Assembly: GCA_973895155.1 (NCBI GenBank)
Contig: OZ316894.1
Location: 502,289-557,767, forward strand
From: Marsupella aquatica
Lineage: Eukaryota; Plantae; Marchantiophyta
Reading direction: 5' to 3'
Length of the DNA stretch: 55,479 nt
A model generated the notes under the pieces. The model did no database searches and was not told where the DNA came from. It worked only from the letters and a program-made list of their open reading frames with translations. Made by a program: the position numbers and the translations under genes. Below are positions 48,495-55,479 of the stretch, in pieces; the stretch's first letter is position 1, and each line of letters starts with the position of its first letter.

Positions 48495-51400
48495 ATACCA
48501 AGGGATCGGCATACAAGCCGATTACAAGGGCTAAACAAATTGAGGCCCTATTAGAAGCCGAGAGAGCACAGCGGCCTGACTCTCAGGAGCAAGAGGTGGA
48601 TGAGATGGACAGACACAATCCAGAGCCAAGGCAGGAAGGGGAGCCGACCACCAATTCAAAACCGAATAGACCGGCAAGGGGACAATCTATGGACACCAAG
48701 GACGGGACCGACTCGGCTAGTCCAGCCGAGATTCCAGTTTATGGAGGTATGAGATTAGAGAGACTGGAAGCCGAACTGGACCCGAATTTGAAGAAGCAGA
48801 TTAATATGATCCAAGCACGGCAATATCGGAAGCTCGACTTAGGAGAGGGAAGAGAACTGAACTTAGGGAGAAACCTAGCACCTGAGCTCGAGAAAGAGAT
48901 CAGTGACTTATTGATTGAATTTCAGGATGTGTTTGCATGGAGTCACCAAGATCTAAAGGGAGTAGATCCAACACTAGGGGAACATCGAATTGATCTCATG
49001 TTAGGAGCCAAATCATTTCGACAACCAATTCGAAGGATGAACCCGAAGTATTCCCTGCTGGTCAAAACAGAAATCGACAAACTAGTGGAAGCTGGATTCA
49101 TCACTCCAGTCCTGCATTCAGACTGGGTGTCTCCAATTGTGATAGTTCCCAAGAAAGCTGGACCCGATGGTAAACCCAAGATCCGGGTTTGTCAGGATTA
49201 CAGGAAGCTGAATGAAGCAACATTAAAAGACCATTTTCCTTTACCGTTTACTGATATGGTACTAGACATGGTAGCCAGTCATGAACTATATTCATTCATG
49301 GATGGATACTCTGGTTATAACCAAATCAGGATTCGGCAGGAAGACCAAATCAAGACGGCCTTCATCACGGAATGGGGGATCTATGTCTTCAATCGTATGC
49401 CGTTTGGACTCTGCAACGCACCAGCTATGTTCCAACGATTAATGGTGAACATTTTTCATGATTACTTGAGAAAGTTCATGGAAATCTTCATTGACGACTT
49501 TGCAGTATTCGGGAAGGCATCGAAACATGCTAAATACCTCAGGAAAACCTTCATGAGATGTAGAGAGGTGGGTCTCAAGTTACACCCAGATAAATGTTTT
49601 TTTGCAGTAACCGAGGGGGTGCTACTAGGTCACAAGGTATCAAGGAAGGGCATTGAGATTGACAAAGGTAAGCTAGCAGTATGGCTAGATATCATGCAAC
49701 CTAAGAACATAAAGGATGTAAGATCCTTCTTGGGATGCATTGGTTACTATCGCCGGTTCATCAAGGATTTTGCCAAGCTAGCTTTACCATTAACCAACAT
49801 GCTCAAGGCAGGAGCAGACTTCGAACCCACACCCGAACGAGTCACAGCGGTGGTAGAATTGAAGCAGATGTTAGTAGAGGCCCCAGTCATGATAGCACCG
49901 GACTGGAACAAAGATTTTCATGTTTTTGTAGATGTCTCGGGCTTCTGTATTGGCTCAGTACTAAGTCAGTTGGATGAGAAAGGAAGGGACCATCCCATAT
50001 ACTTCGCAAGTCGTCAGCTTGCCGATGCCGAACGGAACTACTCTACCACGGAAAGAGAAGCATTAGGAGTCATTTATTCTTGTAAAAAGTTTAGGCATTA
50101 TTTACTAGGGTACAAGGTAATCTTTCATACTGATCATGAAAGTTTGAAGTACCTAGTCAATAAGCCGGACCTTACAGGCAGAGTAGCAAGATGGATTTTG
50201 CTATTACAGGAGTTTGACTATGAGCTGAGGATCAAGCCCGGAAAGTTACATGCCAATGCCGACTTCTTTTCAATGATCACAGGTAAACCTGCCACGGATT
50301 GCATCAATGATCGATTCCCCGACGAGGAGCTATTCGTTGTGGAAATAGCTGGTACATGGTACCCTGAGATTTTACAATTTCTCAGCACTTCCAGATTACA
50401 GCCAGGATTAAGCCGAGAGCAAGCCGCAGTCTTTGTGCGGAAGGTCAGACAGTATCAGTGCATTAAAGGCATACTGCACAAGCATGGAATCAACGGCACG
50501 ATTCAAAGGTGTTTGGAAAAGAGAGAGGTAAAATGAGTCCTACGGGCCATGCATGGAGAGGAGGCCGGAGGACATTTTGCCCCAGTAACCACGTCTAAGA
50601 AGATATTAAATGCCGGTTACTGGTGGCCCACCTTGCACAAAGATGTCTATCAGTTTATCAAACAATGCGATCCTTGTCAACGAGCGGGAGGACCAAGGGC
50701 GTCCACCAGACATCCACTGCACCCTATTCTACCTCTGGCACCATTCGAGAAGTGGGGTATTGATTACATTGGACCTCTGAAACCACTGACCCACCCTCGA
50801 CGGAACAAGTACATAATCCTGGCTACGGATTATGCAACTAAATGGGTAGAGGCCAGACCAACAACGAAGGATGATGCAATTACTACGGCTAGATTCATGT
50901 ATGAGCAGATCTTCACCAGGTATGGAGCACCCCTAGAATTAGTTAGTGATAGAGGAACCCATTTTTTGAATGATATAATTAGTCGTTTAAATGAACAGTA
51001 TTTAGTTAAACATAGGCCTACTACTCCCTACCATCCAAAGGCAAACGGGTTGACAGAACGAGCAAACGGAATTATAGGAAAGATATTGAACAAGACAGTA
51101 GCTCAGAACAAACTCGATTGGGATGATAAATTGTTTGCTGTTGTTTTTGCTTACAATCTTGCCTATAAATCCACTACCGGTCATACACCCTTCTTCTTAA
51201 CCTTTGGACAAGAAGCCCTGGTACCCATGCAAGTTGAGATACCGACATTTCAAGTTACAATTGAGGAAAGAGCCTCAGCGGAGGAGAGCCTAAAGGAGCG
51301 AGAATATAGGTTAGAAGCTTTAGAGGAGGCGAGAATGATTTCAGCCGAGAGAGTAGAATATAGACAGAATATCATGAAGCAGCAGTATGATAAAAAGTTG

Positions 51401-51642
51401 AAAGTAGTTAGTATTCATACCGGTGATCTTGTGCTACTTTATGACAGTAGGTATAGTAGGTTTCCAGGAAAGCTTTACACTCGCTGGTTAGGACCCTTTA
51501 GAGTAACCATGATGTTCCCCAATGGCTTCGTACAATTGGCCAACATTACGGGAGAGGTATATCCAGTTTGCATCCATTATGACCGCCTCAAGAAATACTA
51601 TATGGACGAAGATGAAGTTGTTCGCGAGGACGCTTCACAATT

Positions 51643-51652
51643 AAGTGGGGAG
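51643..51652 (+). promoter_or_regulatory. Polypurine tract
   Basis: AAGTGGGGAG just before the LTR start at 51656. Confidence 0.7.
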
Positions 51653-51655
51653 CTA

Positions 51656-54600
51656 TGTGATGCCTAGAAAGGAATCACTCGGCCAGTTAAGTGGGTAAAG
51701 CAGGAAGGCACCCTAGGAACACCTTAGTATAGGGACAAAACAAGGAAAATATAAACCATTAGGGGCAACCATGGAACCCGGGCCGAGGCCGGAGGTAAGG
51801 ACGCTGAGGGTGAAAACTCGATTAGGGTTAGGGCGCGTTAAGCGTCGGCGGCTAGGAAGGATCAACGGGAAGAAGGACCGGCAGAGGAGAGGGGTAAGGA
51901 GCGCTTGCAGGAGATGGTGGCTCATTTGCGAGCACAAACTAGGCAGACGACTACGGGAGGCCAACTACTGTCAGCTGCTTAGGCAAGCACTCGGGGAGAG
52001 AGTACATACCGACGATCGACCTAAGGAGGGTATGAGCAACGTCAATCAAGCGGCACATTTCTGGGGATGCCTGTTCGAACGGGCAACTGAGTACATCAAG
52101 ACTTACGAGGACGAGGAATCAGAAAGGGCAGCTCGAGAACGGCAGGAGCTCGCTCGATTGTGGGAGCTGCAGAAGACGGCTTTCTTAGGAGGCGAACTCA
52201 TCAAGGACGAGTTCCTGTGGACGCCTACTTCCAATCAACTCGACGATCTTCTGTTTTGCAAAGACAGCGTCGTCGGCATCCGAGAGGCCATCAAGAACTG
52301 CAACGACATACACTGGGAATTAAAGGGTAGCACGGAAAGGTGGACCCAGGCAACGGTGCTAGGAGAAACCTCCACGGCAGCAGAGATGAAGAGGAAGGGA
52401 GCCGTCAACGATGAAGCCACCCCGGCAAAAAGAACGAGGTCGGCGGCACCAAAGAAGCCAGCCGAGCAGCAGAGCAGGAGGCAGGGAGAAGCCGAAGAGG
52501 AGGAGGTCGATCCCATCAAGGCCATTCCAACCAGGGATGACACCTGGAAGGGCTGGGCGGCAACCCTACCGGTGGAGGTGCAACTACATTTTGCACGGGA
52601 GGAGGATGCATGCTTCACGGCCATGCAGACCAAGAAGTACCAAGGCTTCATGGCCGGATCCGGCTTAGAGGCCTTTGTAAGATTACCATGGCTGAAGCCG
52701 GAGGTACCGGAGTCAGACCTATTAGAATTCGTGGGGTCATGGGAACCCGAGACCAATTGCACGAGGATATATGGGAAGGATTTCTATCTTACTCCCAAGG
52801 TAATTGCCGAAGTGTTTGGCTTGCCGATAGGCAATAAGACCAAAGTTGATACCAGGAAGACCTTGCCTGACAAGGAGTTCCGGTCGTTCCCCGGGCCATC
52901 AACGAAGAATGGCTTCTTCCGGAACACCTGCACCAACCCGCACATAGGAGAGATGATCAACTTCTTGCGGGTGACCATGCATTGTAACTTGCCGAGGGCA
53001 GAGATCGGCAAGGCACAGGTCTATCTGGCAGAAAGGCCAGACCCAAGCCGGGACTACAACGGGTACCTCCTCAACCAATTGAAGAAGATCTTAAAGGAGG
53101 AGCAGCAGGTAATCGGCATGGGGAGCGTGTCGCGGCTTGGCTATCACATGCCGCTGTTGTGCCGGTATGCCAGAGGTCAGACTTTTGCCCCGGTACTTCC
53201 CCTGCAGGTAAGGGCACCCGAGGAAGCTCCAACGCCGAGGCCGTTGGCTGAGAAGCCTCAACCACCTGTTAGCCCTACGATCGAGCAGGTGTTTAGGCCC
53301 AGGAAGGAGGACTTGCCGATGCAGCAACCAGGCATGCAGAGTCTGCTGAAACTACTGGAGAAAGAAAAGAAATCGGCATCGGCAACAACAACGGCAACGG
53401 CAACAATGCAGGACACTACTACAGAGGTAGGCCTACACCGGCTCACAAGAGAAAACCCCTTTGCTGGAGACAAGGAGAGAATCAGGCCTGAATCCAAGCC
53501 AGGTGTTCGAATGTATGTGGGAATCTCAAGCTCCGAATCTGAGGCAGAATTGCCTGAAGCTCCTACCGAGGAAGAGGAGAGGGAGAAGCCGGACGGCCAA
53601 GAAGTAGAGGAGGCAGTGGAGGACTGCAGCCATGATAATTCCGGCTATGGGTCGGACCATCACGTCCCAAGAGTAAGGACCTGTGGCCGGTTTGTCCCCA
53701 CACTTCCAAGGGTAGTGCGAGGGGACCCCAACCAGCAGAGTAGCCCTGAGTCTCCCCCACCAGATGTTGCTCCCCCGAGCTTCGACGGCATAAAACAGAC
53801 GGTGCAGGAATTTCAGGAGCGAATCAAGCAGGAAGAGGAGGCAGCCCTGGCTAGGGAAAAGGATTTACCAGGAGGAGATTGGCCGGAGGACATCAGGCGG
53901 CTAGCCAAAAAAGGAAGCAAACCTCTAGCCACGATTGAAGAGATCCGCAAGACGGCTTGGGAGCAGAGGCCGCGATGGGCGATGCCGATCACTTCTACTT
54001 ACTCCACCTACGCTAAGAATAGAGCCATGGAGTATGGTGAGATGTGTGGGGAACTTGCGCTCGGCATCTTCGGAGAGGAGTTGGAGGTAGGACCCTTTTT
54101 CCATAGGGAGCAGTTGGAGAAGCACCAATTAGAAGAAGCGATGGCTTTAGAGAGAAGCAAGAAGGACGAGGTCATTCGGCGGCTTAGGAGGATGGAAGCC
54201 GAGATTGAAGATCTAAGGGCGGCCAAGAAAGCCCAAGATGAACTGCGGATTAAACGACATGAGCTGAACATCATGCAGGGGCAGTTGGACACCGCGCAGG
54301 CTGATAATCAGAATATCAAGGATAAACTGACTCAGACGCAGGGAGAGTTGGCCGACACGATCAAAGAGAGGGAGAAGTGGAAGCAAGAGCTGAAGAATAC
54401 AGAGGAGGCCCACATAACAACCAACAGCCGGGCCATGGCGGAGACCCAAAGAAAGGAATGGGCGTTGAAGGGGGAGCTCGAGAAAATCCGCGGAGCCCTT
54501 GAGCAGAAGGAGGCCGAGTTAGGGAAATCCTATCAAGGGATTATGGCGCTGCAGCAGGAGCTTGCGTCCCTGACGGCCAGCTTCAAGGCCGACCTAAGGG

Positions 54601-54668
54601 AGAAGGACGAGATGCTCGAACAGACTTACGCCAAGATGAACCAGATGGAGTCTGTCATCATTGCAGAG
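51656..54668 (+). repeat. Family B 3' LTR, first 3.0 kb, interrupted
   Basis: Begins TGTGATGCC. Homology stops after CATTGCAGAG. Confidence 0.93.
51771..54668 (+). CDS. LTR-internal ORF, stop-free for 966 codons until the insertion
   Basis: Open from ATG 51771. The last about 59 aa of the listed ORF come from the inverted LTR. Confidence 0.85.
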
Positions 54669-55479
54669 TGTGGTGCGTCCCATGGCTCCCTAAACCCAAG
54701 AAACCCCCCAGCTCAAGCCGATTCCCGCAGGTTTCGTGCTTGGCGAGGCCGTTTCCGCGGCTTAGCGGCATGGGACGCTGCTAACCTTCTACTACTACTA
54801 TTAACATTTTACACACATATACTGGACAGATCCTTCATCGGGTCATGAGATACGTAGCCGGCCTAATATAGGCCTTCCCCTGTCTTCCCCTGTCTTCCCC
54901 TCCGTCTTGTTAGGTATGTTTGGATTCCGCCGCCGGAATGATCCCCAATAGGCTTGGTTAAGCCGCTAAGACCTCTCTCAGCTCGACACATCCAACTCTC
55001 ACTCCCCTGCTTACTTTCCTTCCTTCTGTTGATGTGGGCACTCTTCACACAAGTTAATGCGACACACAAATAGCAAAATGACTCATTCTGACTGAGTCAT
55101 ACCATGCACTTGCCATACAAACAGTACATCTCATACACAAGTTCTGCGAACTAAGCCGTGAGGCCAACTCTATTCAGCTCTTAGGCATGAGGAAACATGA
55201 ATATACACAAGGGTCACTGTATGACTAACCAAGAGCTTCTCATACTACTTGATCCCAGCCCGGCTGGTGCAAACTAAAAACTTGCTAAAGAAGAGGCCCT
55301 GAGCTCCCCGCTGCCCAGGTACTTATCCTGGTAGTGGATCCGCCATTCTTTGCATCGTAAGCCTAATCTACTTAACAGTAATCTACTTGCCCGAATCTAC
55401 CTATGTACAGCAAGGCAGGAGCACAAGTGTTGCTCCTACCAGTGGGACCGCAATCCCACTAAGCTAAGTGTCAGGGCCG
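54669..55479 (-). repeat. Inverted family B LTR (3' end), running off the window
   Basis: TGTGGTGCGTCCC... is the reverse complement of the LTR end. No PBS follows it on the minus strand, so it is a 3' or solo LTR. Confidence 0.93.

Larger units (their letters stand above)
48401..51667 (+). pseudogene. pol: RT-RNase H-integrase with a single TGA at 50534
   Basis: ORFs 48401-50536 and 50549-51667 are in frame and carry all RT/RH/IN motifs. Confidence 0.95.
47583..54668 (+). mobile_element. Family B copy 2, 5'-truncated in gag, with its 3' LTR interrupted
   Basis: From TATGACCTGGCT (equivalent to 20475) it is near-identical to copy 1. Confidence 0.95.

Noticed and set aside
54669-54848. C-terminal extension of the 1025-aa ORF
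   Set aside because: Read-through into the inverted LTR insertion, not native protein.

Overview
Eukaryotic, almost certainly plant (TTTAGGG tracts, GT-AG introns), transposon nest with no recognisable housekeeping gene. Two related non-chromovirus Ty3/Gypsy families dominate. Family A is on the minus strand (49-9125). Family B occurs as a complete two-LTR copy (13661-29208), a diverged LTR (29209-32572), a 5'-truncated copy (47583-54668) and an inverted LTR (54669-end). The standout feature is that both families have giant LTRs (about 4.0 and 4.66 kb) that are mostly filled by one sense-strand ORF (about 885 and 1211 aa; a conserved FGLP/NGF domain plus a long coiled coil). In family B this ORF lies downstream of the PPT, so it is copied into both LTRs. 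Family B also has a conserved candidate -1 frameshift signal between protease and RT. Between the retroelements lie a ParB/Srx-like spliced pseudogene, a MULE-like transposase with a TIR, a Sola2-like transposase pseudogene and two MITEs with TSDs. There is also an apparently intact 3-exon gene that seems to share the LTR-ORF domain and adds a RING-H2 finger, flanked by dense AAGGAC/GTCCTT motif arrays, and an RPA70-like fragment. All domain calls come from motif recognition by eye; no database search was run.
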